A DNA stretch of 23,274 nucleotides from Octopus sinensis (taxonomy: Eukaryota): NCBI RefSeq assembly GCF_006345805.1, contig NW_021836637.1, positions 1 to 23,274 of the forward strand, given 5' to 3'. Positions 1 to 11,799 of the stretch are shown here, piece by piece (the first letter of the stretch is position 1; every line of letters begins with the position of its first letter). Both the position numbers and the translations under genes were made by a program. Below the pieces are notes generated by a model that worked only from the letters and a program-made list of their open reading frames with translations, was not told the origin of the DNA and did no database searches.

Positions 1-3000
1 GCAGCACTGCATCCTTCAAAACTTCCATCCTCCTGAGATTCACAACACTACACCTGATTCCTCCCCTCCATACACACTCAAGCATGGAACAAACTGCCGG
101 CATCAGTTGTTAATTGTCTGAGCACTGCATCCTTCAAAACTTCCATTCTTCCTGAGATTCCCCAACACTACACCTGATTTCCTCCCCTCCATACACACTC
201 AAGCTTGGAACAAACTGCCGGCATCAGTTGTTAATTTTCTGAGCACTGCATCCTTCAAAACTTCCATTTTCCTGAGATTCACCAACACTACACCTGATTT
301 CCTCCCCTCCATACACACGCAACATGAACAAACTGCCGGCATCAGTTGTAATTGTCTGAGCACTGCATCCTTCAACACTTCCATTCTTCCTGAGATTCAC
401 CAACACTACACCTGATTTCCTCCCCTCCATACACACGCAAGCATGGAACAAACTGCCGGCATCAGTTGTTAATTGTCTGAGCACTGCATCCTTCAAAACT
501 TCCATTCTTCTGAGATTCACCAACACACTACACCTGATTTCCTCCCCTCCATACACACGCAAGCATGGAACAAACTGCCGGCATCAGTTGTTAATTGTCT
601 GAGCACTGCATCCTTCAAAACTTCCATCTTCCTGAGATTCACCAAAATACACCTGATTTCCTCCCCTCCATACACACTCAAGCATGAAAACAAACTGCCG
701 GCATCAGTTGTTAGTGGTTGCAGCCCTGCATCCTTCAAAACTTCCATCCTTCCTGAGATTCAACAAACACTACACCTGATTTCTCCCCTCCATACACACT
801 CAAGCATGGATGGAACAAACTGCCGGCATCAGTTGTAGAGTTGCAGCACTGCATCCTTCAAAACTTCCATCCTTCTGAGATTCACCAACACTACACCTGA
901 TTTCCTCCCCTCCATACACACTCAAGCAGAACAAACTGCCGCATCAGTTGTTAATTTTCTGAGCACTGCATCCTTCAAAACTTCCATTCTTCCTGAGATT
1001 CACCAACACTACACCTGATTTCCTCCCCTCCACACACTCAAGCATGGAACAAACTGCCGGCATCAGTTGTTAGTGGTCTGCAGCACTGCATCCTTCAAAA
1101 CTTCCATCCTTCTGAGATTCCCAAAACTACACCTGATTTCCTCCCCTCCATACACACGCAAGCATGGAACAAACTGCCGGCATCAGTTGTTAATTGTCTG
1201 AGTACTGCATCCTTCAAAACTTCCATGCCTCCTGAGATTCACCAACACTACACCTGATTTCCTCCCCTCCATACACACTCAAGCTTGGAACAAACTGCCG
1301 GCATCAGTTGTAGTGGTTGCAGCACTGCATCCTTCAAAACTTCCATCTTCCGAGATTCACCACACTACACCTGATTTCCTCCCCTCCATACACACTCAAG
1401 CATGGAACAAACTGCCGGCATCAGTTGTTAGTGGTTGCAGCACTGCATCCTTCAAAACTTCCATCCTTCCTGAGATTCACCAACACTACACCTGATTTCC
1501 TCCCCTCCATACACACGCAAGCATGGAACAAACTGCCGGCATCAGTTGTTAATTGTCTGAGCACTGCATCCTTCAAAAACTTCCTCTTCCTGAGATTCAC
1601 CAACACTACACCTGATTCCTCCCCTCCATACACACGCAAGCATGGAACAAACTGCCGGCATCAGTTGTTAATTGTCTGAGCACTGCATCCTTCAAAACTT
1701 CCATTCTTCCTGAGATTCACCAACACTACACCTGATTTCCTCCCCTCCATACACACGCAAGCATGGAACAAACTGCCGGCATCAGTTGTTAATCGTCTGA
1801 GCACTGCATCCTTCAACACTTCCATTCTTCCTGAGATTCACCAAAACTACACCTGATTTCCTCCCCTCCATACACACGCAAGCATGGAACAAACTGCCGG
1901 CATCAGTTGTTAATTGTCTGAGCACTGCATCCTTCAAAACTTCCATTCTTCCTGAGATTCACCAACACTACACCTGATTTCCTCCACTCCATACACACGC
2001 AAGCATGGAACAAACTGCCGGCATCAGTTGTTAATTGTCTGAGCACTGCATCCTTCAAAACTTCCATCCTTCCTGAGATTCACCAAAACTACACCTGATT
2101 TCCTCCCCTCCATACACACTCAAGCATGGAACAAACTGCCGGCATCAGTTGTTAGTGGTTGCAGCACTGCATCCTTCAAAACTTCCATCCTTCCTGAGAT
2201 TCACCAACACTACACCTGATTTCCTCCCCTCCATACACACGCAAGCATGGAACAAACTGCCGGCATCAGTTGTTAGTGGTTGCAGCACTGCATCCTTCAA
2301 AACTTCCATCCTTCCTGAGATTCACCAACACTACACCTGATTTCCTCCCCTCCATACACACTCAAGCATGGAACAAACTGCCGGCATCAGTTGTTAATTG
2401 TCTGAGCACTGCATCCTTCAAAACTTCCATTCTTCCTGAGATTCACCAACACTACACCTGATTTCCTCCCCTCCATACACACTCAAGCATGGAACAAACT
2501 GCCGGCATCAGTTGTTAATTGTCTGAGCACTGCATCCTTCAAAACTTCCATTCTTCCTGAGATTCACCAACACTACACCTGATTTCCTCCCCTCCATACA
2601 CACGCAAACATGGAACAAACTGCCGGCATCAGTTGTTAATTGTCTGAGCACTGCATCCTTCAACACTTCCATCCTTCCTGAGATTCACCAACACTACACC
2701 TGATTTCCTCCCCTCCATACACACGCAAGCATGGAACAAACTGCCGGCATCAGTTGTTAATTGTCTGAGCACTGCATCCTTCAAAACTTCCATTCTTCCT
2801 GAGATTCACCAACACTACACCTGATTTCCTCCCCTCCATACACACGCAAGCATTGGAACAAACTGCCGGCATCAGTTGTTAATTGTCTGAGCACTGCATC
2901 CTTCACAACTTCCATCCTTCCTGAGATTCACCAAACTACACCTGATTTCCTCCCCTCCATACACACTCAAGCAGGGAACAACTGCCGGCATCAGTGTTAG

Positions 3001-5136
3001 TGTGCAGCACTGCATCCTTCAAAACTTCCATCCTTCCTGAGATTCACCAACACTACACTGATTTCCTCCCCTCCATACACACTCAAGCATGGAACAAACT
3101 GCCGGCATCAGTTGTTAGAGGTTGCAGCACTGCATCCTTCAAAACTTCCATCCTTCCTGAGATTCACCAACACTACATGATTTCCTCCCCTCCCCATACA
3201 CACAAGCATGGAACAAACTGCCGGCATCAGTTGTTAATTTTCTGAGCACTGCATCTTCAAAACTTCCATTCTTCCTGAGATTCACCAACACTACACCTGA
3301 TTTCCTCCCCTCCATACACACTCAAGCATGGAACAAACTGCCGGCATCAGTTTAGTGGTTGCAGCACTGCATCCTTCAAAATTCCATCCTTCCTGAGATT
3401 CACCAACACTACACCTGATTTCCTCCCCTCCATACACACTCAAGCATGGAAACAAACTGCCGCATCAGTTGTTAATGTCTGAGCACTGCATCCTTCAAAA
3501 CTTCCATTCTTCCTGAGATTCACCAACACTACACCTGATTTCCTCCCCTCCATACACACGCAAGCATGGAACAATCTGCCGGCATCAGTTGTTAATTGTC
3601 TGAGCACTGCCTCCTTCAAAACTTCCATCCTTCCTGAGATTCACCAACACTACACCTGATTTCCTCCCCTCCATACACACTCAAGCATGGAACAAACTGC
3701 CGGCATCAGTTGTTAATTGTGAGCACTGCATCCTTCAAAACTTCCATCCTTCCTGAGATTCACCAACACTACACCTGATTTCCTCCCCTCCATACACATG
3801 CAAGCATGGAACAAACTGCCGGCATCAGTTGTTAATTGTCTGAGCACTGCATCCTTCAAAACTTCCATTCTTCCTGAGATTCACCAACACTACACCTGAT
3901 TTCCTCCCCTCCATACACACGCAAGCATGGAACAAACTGCCGGCATCAGTTGTTAATTGTCTGAGCACTGCATCCTTCAAAACTTCCATTCTTCCTGAGA
4001 TTCACCAACACTACACCTGATTTCCTCCCCTCCATACACACTCAAGCATGGAACAAACTGCCGGCATCAGTTGTTAATTGTCTGAGCACTGCATCCTTCA
4101 AAACTTCCATTCTTCTGAGATTCACCAACACTACACCTGATTTCCTCCCCTCCATACACACTCAAGCATGGAACAAACTGCCGGCATCAGTTGTTAATTT
4201 TCTGAGCACTGCATCCTTCAAAACTTCCATTCTTCCTGAGATTCACCAACACTACACCTGATTTCCTCCCCTCCATACACACGCAAGCATGGAACAAACT
4301 GCCGGCATCAGTTGTTAATTGTTTGAGCACTGCATCCTTCAAAACTTCCATGCTTCCTGAGATTCGCCAACACTACACCTGATTTCCTCCCCTCCATACA
4401 CACACAAGCATGGAACAACTGCCGGCATCAGTCGTTAGTTGTCGGAGCACTGCATCCTTCAAAACTTCCATCCTTCCTGAGATTCGCTAACACTACACCT
4501 GATTTCCTCCCCTCCATACACACACAAGCATGGAACGAACTGCCGGCATCAGTTGTTAGTTGTCGGAGCACTGCATCCTTCAAAACTTCCATGCTTTCTG
4601 AGATTCGCCAACACTACACCTGATTTCCCCCCTCCATACACACGCAAGCATGGAACAAACTGCCGGCATCAGTTGTTAATTGTCTGAGCACTGCATCCTT
4701 CAAAACTTCCATGCTTTCTGAGATTCGCCAACACTACACCTGATTTCCTCCCCTCCATACACACGCAAGCATGGAACAAACTGCCGCCATCAGTTGTTAA
4801 TTTTCTGAGCACTGCATCCTTCAAAACTTCCATGCTTTCTGAGATTCGCCAACACTACACCTGATTTTCTCCCCTCCATACACACGCAAGCATGGAACAA
4901 ACTGCCGGCATCAGTTGTTAGTTGTCGGAGCACTGCATCCTGCAAAACTTCCATGCTTCCTGAGATTCACCAACACTACACCTGATTTCCTCCCCTCCAT
5001 ACACACACAAGCATGGAACAAACTGCCGGCATCAGTTGTTAGTTGTCGGAGCACTGCATCCTTCAAAACTTCAATGCTTTCTGAGATTCGCCAACACTAC
5101 ACCTGATGTCCTCCCCTCCATACATACGCAAGCATG
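1..5136 (+). repeat. 121-bp tandem satellite, about 42 units, continuing past the window start; derived from a LINE 3' end
   Basis: CACTGCATCC recurs at 1681 and 1802 (period 121). Each unit reads AWNKLPASVV(S/N)C..TASFKTS..PEI.QHYT-stop followed by about 30 nt of UTR-like sequence. Confidence 0.97.
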
Positions 5137-5268
5137 TATCTGACTCATACACTGTTCGCTTTCCATACATTTGTACATTACTGCATACACTTTATACCCA
5201 CTTTCTGACAAGTGGTGGTGCACCTGAGCACTGTATACAATAATTTCATTATTTTTATTATTATTTTA
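5011..5268 (+). mobile_element. 3' terminus of a CR1/L2-type non-LTR retrotransposon (last ~31 codons of ORF2, 3' UTR, ATT-rich tail)
   Basis: AWNKLPASVVSCRSTASFKTSMLSEIRQHYT* (stop 5104-5106) fits the WNxLPxxVVxxxSxxxFK C-terminal motif of CR1/L2/Jockey-group ORF2. Unique UTR follows from 5137 and ends in TTCATTATTTTTATTATTATT. Confidence 0.75.
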
Positions 5269-5509
5269 TAATTGTAATCGATACACTCTGAAAGGCATTT
5301 ATAGAAAATTCCATTAAAAATTTACTATTTTTCTGAAAGTTGTGAAGAAAGCCAGACGCCTTGTGTGAATTTTCCAAAACTCCTAACATCGAAGAAGGAA
5401 AAATGTTTTCATCAAATATTCCGATATAATCGCAATTTACAGCATCAGAAGCTCAGTTTTCGAAAATATAATTTAAAATCTCCATTTTCTGGAAGCTCTG
5501 AGGCAGAAA

Positions 5510-5800
5510 ATTCGGGTGTCAAACATCTGAAGCAATACCGAAAGGCATTTAATATCTACTCACTGAACTCCTTCATAACCGTCGAGATGCGTCAATTTCC
5601 GTCGATTTCCGTTCTCGTAGCTGTTTCCCCGCAACACAGCTCCGTCACACATCCATGAGACCGGCCTGCGATGAGTAAAAACAGTGTGTCGAGATGTTTC
5701 GGTGGTAGAGGCGTCGTCACTATGAGCTGAATTGTTCTCCGTTAGATGGCATTCACTTGTTTCCTGTTCTATTCTCATCACTTCCGGTCTGATCCCTTTC
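5510..5800 (-). promoter_or_regulatory. CpG-rich candidate promoter/first exon on the minus strand
   Basis: Local CpG enrichment in AT-rich surroundings; ETS-type CCGGAAGT (5787-5780); donor-like CA|GTGAGT with GT at 5563-5562. Confidence 0.3.
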
Positions 5801-6759
5801 CTTCTCGAAGTTTACTTTCACATTTTTGCAGCTTAAAATAGGACAACAACCAGTGCACGGCTGCACTTAACTGCACTTTCATTGCATATTCTTGCCCCCT
5901 TCTCTTTGTAGTGGACAGTCAATGGCTAATCTTTGCAGTTATCTGACCAAATGCCAATTATAAAATAGAAACTATTAGATTGAGGGAAATGTCTGTGCGT
6001 CGTGTTAAAATAATGATTGTTTTATGCAAGAATTTATTCAAAAGCAACAAATATTCTTCAAAATAAAGACCAAACGCACGAACTTTTTCCTCAACTTAAT
6101 AAATTTTGAAGCAATTAAAGAAATCAGAGGTTTCATTTAGTATGCGATGTTTGGCTGCTATTTCTAGCAGCTGCATCCACAATAGGTGCAGGGTGCAGTG
6201 TGAAGATTACGAGGAGGAAATTAAGGGCTAAGAATTGCAATATTAAACCCTTCGATCTATTATTTACATTAAATCATTTTGGAAATCTTCAAATTCTGCG
6301 AAAGAAAAAAAATAGAATTTAAAGCGAAAAGGGATTCAATAAGAGTTATTGTTCTTACCCCTTCAACGTTGACTCCTCCCACCACTTTGCATAATGTAGA
6401 CTGACTCCGCCCATTTTGCTTTCTTTATGAACTCATACCCTTCCCCTATTACTAAATATATATCGTCCAATAAGCGCGCTCTCCCTCTTTGTCTCTTTCT
6501 CTTCGCCTCCCTCTCCCACCTCCTCATATATTACCAAATGCTTCCCCCTCCCTTGCTTTTACTCTTAATTCCCTCTGTCTGTACCTCACTAAACCCTTAA
6601 TGCATTTTCATACTCTTTCTCCCTCCCCTACAAAACATATCCTCCCACTTCTCCCTCTTTGTCTCCTTTCTCTCAGAACCTCATTATATATTCATTTTAA
6701 TCACCGCCCACCTCCCTTGCAAAAGCCTTCACCTCTTCCTCTCCCTCACTAACTGTATC

Positions 6760-7860
6760 TCTCTCTCTCTCTCTCTCTCTCCCGCATTCTGTCTCTCTCT
6801 CTCTCCCACTCTCATTCTTTCTCTGCTTCCTCATACATTAATATAGCCCTCCCCTTCGCTAGGCTTTCTCTCTCTCACTCTTTCTTCCTTTCTTTCTCTC
6901 TCTCTCTCACGCATTCTCTCTCTCTCTCTCTCACTCTTTCTTCCTTCTATCTCTCTCTCTCTCTCTCTCTCACGCATTCTGTCTCTCTCTCTCTCCCACT
7001 CTCACTCCCACTCTCTGCTTCCTCATACATTAATATATCCCTCCCCTTCCCTAGGGTTTCTCTCTCACACTCTTTCTTCCTTTCTTTCTCTCTCTCTCAC
7101 TCACGCATTCTGTCTCTCTCTCTCTCTCACACTCTCACTCCCCCTCTCTGCTTCCTCATACATTAATATATCCCCCCCTTCCCTAGGCTTTCACCCTCTC
7201 ACTCTTTCTTCCTTTCTTTCTCTCTCTCTCTCTCACGCATTCTGTCTCTCTCTCTCTCTCCGACTCTCATTTTTTCTCTACTTCCTCATACATTAATATA
7301 TCCCTCCCCTTCCCTAGGCTTTCTCTCTCTCACTCTTTCTTCCTTTCTCTCTCTCTCTCTCACGCATTCTGTCTCTCTCTCTCTCTCTCCCACTCTCATT
7401 CTTTCTCTGCTTCCTCATACATTAATATATCCCTCCCCTTCCCTAGGCTTTCTCTCTCTCACTCTTTCTTCCTTCCTCTCTCTCTCTCTCTCACGCATAC
7501 TGTCTCTCTCTCTCTCTCCCACTCTCATTCTTTCTCTGCTTCCTCATACATTAACATATCCCTCCCTTTCCCTATTTTCTCTCTCTCTCACTCTTTCTTC
7601 CTTTCTTTCTCTCTCTCTCTCTCTCTCACGCATTCTCTCTCTCTCTCTCTCTCCCCCTCTCATTCTTTCTCTGCTTCCTCATACATTAATATATCCCTTC
7701 CTTTCCCTATTTTCTCTCTCTCTCACTCTTTCTTCCTTTCTTTCTCTCTCTCTCTCTCTCCCACTCTCATTCTTTCTCTCCTTCCTCATACATTAATATA
7801 TCCCTCCCCTTCCCTAGGCTTTCTCTCTCTCACTCTTTCTTCCTTTCTTTCTCTCTCTAT
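6760..7860 (+). repeat. CT-rich compound minisatellite, about 8 units of roughly 105-190 bp (mostly ~130 bp)
   Basis: The cores CGCATTCT and CCTCATACATTAATATATCCCTCCCCTTCCCTAGG recur, separated by (CT)n tracts of variable length. Confidence 0.9.
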
Positions 7861-8069
7861 CTCCCCCACCTCCTTATATCTTACTCTCTCCCTCTTCCTC
7901 TCCTTTTATCCCTAAGAAACCTTACTTTCTTACAAATAAATTATATTTTCAGATTTACCTTCAAATTTCTCTCTCGCTAATTATTTTACCAGAAGCTAAT
8001 TATTTAACTAACCATTAATTACATAATTACTGTGTAGTTCTTAATTGAGCAAATTAATTAGCCGAGACA

Positions 8070-8660
8070 TTGACGGACAATTTAAGAAGCATTTATTCAA
8101 AGAATCCTCCTACACCTGGTTTATTTCTACACCTGCTAGAAATAACAGCCCACTACACTCAAAGTTGCTTTGTTTTTCATACGAAATTGAAAGACAATTT
8201 CAGAAGCATTTATAAAACTTTTTCCCGAATCTGGTCAGACTTCTTCGTCGAAAGAGAAACCAAGTGAAGAAGCGTCTATAAAACGTATTGGTGGTCTGGT
8301 ATCTTGCTAGAAAGAACAGCCCACTACACTCAAAGTTCCTTTGTTTTTCATACGAAATTGAAAGACAATTTAAGAAGCATTTATAAAACTTTTTCCCGGA
8401 TCTGGTCAGACTTCTTCCTCGAAAGAGAAACCAAGTGAAGAAGCGTCTATAAAACGTATTGGGGGTCTGTTATCTTGCTAGAAATAACAGCCCATTACGC
8501 TATAATTTACATTGTTATCATGAAGGACACTTTCAGAAGCTTTTGGAGAAATATAGTCCAGTTGGGGATCAAATGTGATGCTAGAAATAACAGCCAAGTA
8601 TGTTAAAGTTTGGTTTTGTGTTTCATATGAAAATGAAGGACACTTCGAAACTCTTCTCTC
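8070..8660 (+). repeat. 171-bp tandem duplication plus degenerate copies sharing TGCTAGAAATAACAGCC
   Basis: TGCTAGAAA begins at 8134, 8305 and 8476 (period 171), with a further diverged copy near 8580. Confidence 0.9.
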
Positions 8661-8689
8661 TCCTTCCTCATTCTGTATTAATACCTCAT

Positions 8690-10700
8690 CCTTCCCCTCT
8701 TCCTTTCTCTAATACATGATAGACTCCCTCTCTTATCACACACATCATTCCCTCTCCTTCTCTCCTCCTCCCCCTCCCCCTCTTTCACTTATTTATGTTA
8801 TTGTTTAACCCCGCCTCCCTCATCCCTCGTTTTCTCTCAACTCTTACTCTCCCTCCCTCACAAAGCATATATCTCATACATCATCTCTGTTTCCTTCCCC
8901 CTCCCTCACTTTTTGTCTCTCTCCCTCCCTCTTTACCACCTCATATCTCATACTCTCCCTCTACCTCTTTTGCGCTCCGCCCCACCTCACACTCTCCCTC
9001 TCTTTCTAAACCTATGTATCCTTCTCTCTCTCCCTCCACCTCCTTATATAATATTCTCTCATTCTCTTACCTCATTCTTTCCCTCCCTTTCTCCTCCCTT
9101 TCCCTCTCCCTCTCTTTCTCTATGTCTGTCTTTCTCTCTCTTTGCTCTCTCGATTTCTCTATTTCAGTCTCTCTCTTTCGCCCTCTCGCTTCTTATGTCT
9201 CTCTCTCTGTCTCCGTGTCTCTGTTTGTCTGTCTCTCTCTTCTCCCTCTCCCTCTCTCTATTACCTTATTATATATTAATGCTCCGCCTTTTTACTCTTT
9301 CTCTCTCATCTCACACTCCTCCTCTCTTCTTAACATTTATTTCTCTAATCCCTCCTCCTTCCTCCCCCTCTCTCCCTCCTTCTCCCTCTTTCTTCTTATC
9401 ATTTTTTCAGAATTACGTCGCCTTCCTCTCTATCTCTCTCTCATTCTTTCTTTCTTTCTTTCTTTCTTTCTTTCCTTTCTGTCTTTCTTTCGTCCTTCAT
9501 TTCTCACATTCTTTCTTTCCTTCTTTTTTCTCTCTCTCTGTCTTTCTTTCTTTTTGTTTCCGTTTACTTATATCCTTTTTTCTTTCTTTCTTTCTTTCCT
9601 TTTCCTTTCTTTCTTGCTTTCTTTCATCCTTTCAGTCTTTCTTTTCTTCTTTCTTTCTTTCCTGATTTCTTTCTTACATTCTTTATTTTTTCTTTCTTCA
9701 TTACTTTCTTTCTTCCATTCTTTCTTTCTTCCTGTCTTTCTTTCTTCATTTCTCTCATTCTTTCTTTCTTTCCTTTTACTTTCTTTCTTTCTTTCTTTTG
9801 TTTCCGTTTACTTATATCCTTTTTTCTTTCTTTCCTTTTACTTTCTTTCTTTCTTCTTTCTTTCCTTCTTTTTTTCTTTCTTTCCTTCCTTCTTTCTTTC
9901 TTCTGTCTTTCTTTCTTTCTTTCTCCCTTTCTTTCTTACTTACTCCCTTTCTTTCTTTCGTTCTTTCGTTCTTTTTTCTTTCTTTCCTTTTACTTTCTGT
10001 CTTTCTTCTTTCCTTTTTACCTTCTTTCTTTCTTTCTTTCTTCCTGTCTTTCTTTCTTCATTTCTCTCATTCTTTCTTTCTTTCCTTCTTTCATTTTCGT
10101 TATTTCTTTATTTTTGTTTCAGTTTTTCATTTCCTTCTTTTTTCCTTCTTTCCTTTTTCTTCCTTTCTTTTTTCTTTATTTCCCTTCATTCTTTCTATCT
10201 TTCCCTCTTTTTCCTTCTGTCCTTCTTTCTTTTCTTTCTCCCTTTCTTTCTTACTTACTCCCTTTCTTTCTTTCGTTCTTTCGTTCTTTTTTTCTTTCTT
10301 TCCTTTTTACTTTCTTTCTTTCTTTCTTTCCTTTTTACTTTCTGTCTTTCTTTCTTTCCTTTTTACCTTCTTTCTTTCTTTCTTTCTTTCTGCCTTTCTT
10401 TCCTTCTTTATTTCCTTACTGCCTTTCTTTCCTTCTTTTTCCTTCTTTCCTTTTCTTCTTTCTTTCTTTCCTTCTTTTTCCTTCTTTCCTTTTCTTCCTT
10501 TCTTTTTTCTTTCTTTCTTCCGTTCTCATTTCATGCATTATTACAGAATCATGTTACTTTATTCCTTCCTTTCTCTTTTTCTTTCATTCCTTCTTTTCTT
10601 TTTTCTTCCTTTCTCTCTCTCTCTCACTCTCTTTCATTCTTTCCTTCTTTTTACTCTCTCTCTCTCTCTCACTCTCTTTCTTTCCCTTAATCTCATTGTT
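8690..10700 (+). repeat. About 2 kb polypyrimidine tract, (CT)n/(CTTT)n with internal block duplications
   Basis: The plus strand is overwhelmingly C/T. Blocks such as TTGTTTCCGTTTACTTATATCC (~9556, ~9798) and CTTACTTACTCCCTTTC (~9935, ~10250) are duplicated. Confidence 0.95.
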
Positions 10701-10809
10701 TCCCTCCCAAAATCATTTCGACCTTTATAAAAGAATCTCACCTCTCTATTGTCTCGCATCATTCGTGAAACAGCAACCAAACACCTTGATATTTCTAAAG
10801 TTTTTGTTT

Positions 10810-11100
10810 TATAAAAGCAGGACACTTGACGAAGCGTCTATCAAACATATTGTCCTACAGGTTGTCGGGTAAGATGGTAGAAATAACAGTTCAATACACT
10901 ATATTCTGCATTGTTTTTCATGAAAGATTGAAGGAGACCTTAAGAAGCATCCGGAGGAATAATACACAATTGGTGGTCCTACGTGATGCTAGAAATAACA
11001 GCCAGGTATATAAAAGTTTTGTGTTGTCACTCATATAAAAATTAAGGGAACTTAGAAAATCCTCTCTCTCCCACCTCAGCATGTATTAATATATCACCCC
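10810..11100 (+). repeat. Diverged copies of the 8070-8660 repeat family
   Basis: GAAGCGTCTAT, TAGAAATAACAG (twice) and the TTTTTCATGAAAGATTGAAGG..AAGAAGCAT segment match the 8.1-8.6 kb units. Confidence 0.7.
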
Positions 11101-11481
11101 AAATCTAACCCGAATGCCCCTAACCTCTAAGCCACTTCACTCCAGCGACCATGCAAACTGTGTGATGATTGCAGGCAGAGTGAAAGGAAAAGTAAAGAAT
11201 TGGAAATGTGAAAAAGCGAAATAAAAAACGAATCAGTGACGTGGAGTCGCAATCTGTACTAATTCCATTGATCAATGTTCGATATTTATCGATAATGTGT
11301 TATAAACACTATTTTATATTATTATTCACTCTTTTAATGATAGGCATCACTCGCCGTCGCTCCGCCCCTTTCTCTCCCTCCACACACCGCACGATGCTCT
11401 CTGAAGAGGCGTTCCATCCAGGTGTCCTCACATCCGTTTCTCTCATCAATAGGCAAACCGTTGTTCCATCCGTCGTCCGAC

Positions 11482-11493
11482 TGTGTGTGTGTG

Positions 11494-11536
<43 letters not shown>
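11482..11536. repeat. (TG)n microsatellite
   Basis: Direct reading of the sequence. Confidence 0.98.
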
Positions 11537-11538
<2 letters not shown>

Positions 11539-11543
11539 ATATA

Positions 11544-11781
11544 TTGGATTGGTGCATAATTATTGCGGCTTTTTTCAATAAATTTTATTCAACAAAAACA
11601 ATAACATGTAACAAAAACATCTTTAAATGATTATTCCGGAGCATATTCACCATCTACTTCAATAACTGCTTCCCATTCGCTTGATAGACGATCATGTAAA
11701 GATGTTTTTGATAAATATTTTTATTGCTTTTGTTGAATAATATTTCTTGAAATAAGCCGCAATAATTATGCACCAGCCCAA
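11544..11781 (-). mobile_element. 238-bp mariner-derived MITE with TA target duplication and a transposase C-terminal remnant
   Basis: TA at 11542-43 and 11782-83. Ends TTGGATTGGTGCATAATTATTGCGGC resemble the Hsmar1/cecropia TIR. Inverted arms are about 88 bp. The minus strand at 11693-11631 reads DRLSSEWEAVIEVDGEYAPE*, like the mariner LPxRWxxVIxxxGEY terminus. Confidence 0.9.
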
Positions 11782-11799
11782 TATTTTACCTGACCCTGG

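Noticed and set aside
1-3800. Single-base indels between satellite units as biological variation
   Set aside because: They are scattered and often in homopolymers, so they could be long-read consensus errors.
199-5106. ORFs within the satellite as genes
   Set aside because: The 121-bp period is not a multiple of 3 and each unit contains the LINE stop codon. The ORFs are frame mosaics of the repeat.
1-5136. CRISPR-like array
   Set aside because: There are no unique spacers, the whole unit repeats, and the context is eukaryotic.
5850-5890. Clustered TGCAC motifs as metal response elements
   Set aside because: None completes the TGCRCNC consensus.
8134-8493. 171-bp period equal to primate alpha satellite
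   Set aside because: I see no sequence resemblance or CENP-B box, and there are only about 2 copies; the length match is coincidental.
8795-10872. 631-aa and overlapping 250-310-aa ORFs
   Set aside because: The F/L/S-only composition comes from a C/T tract that cannot encode stop codons; there is no domain signal.
11100-11135. Telomere-like CTAACC motifs
   Set aside because: Only two or three degenerate, non-tandem units are present.
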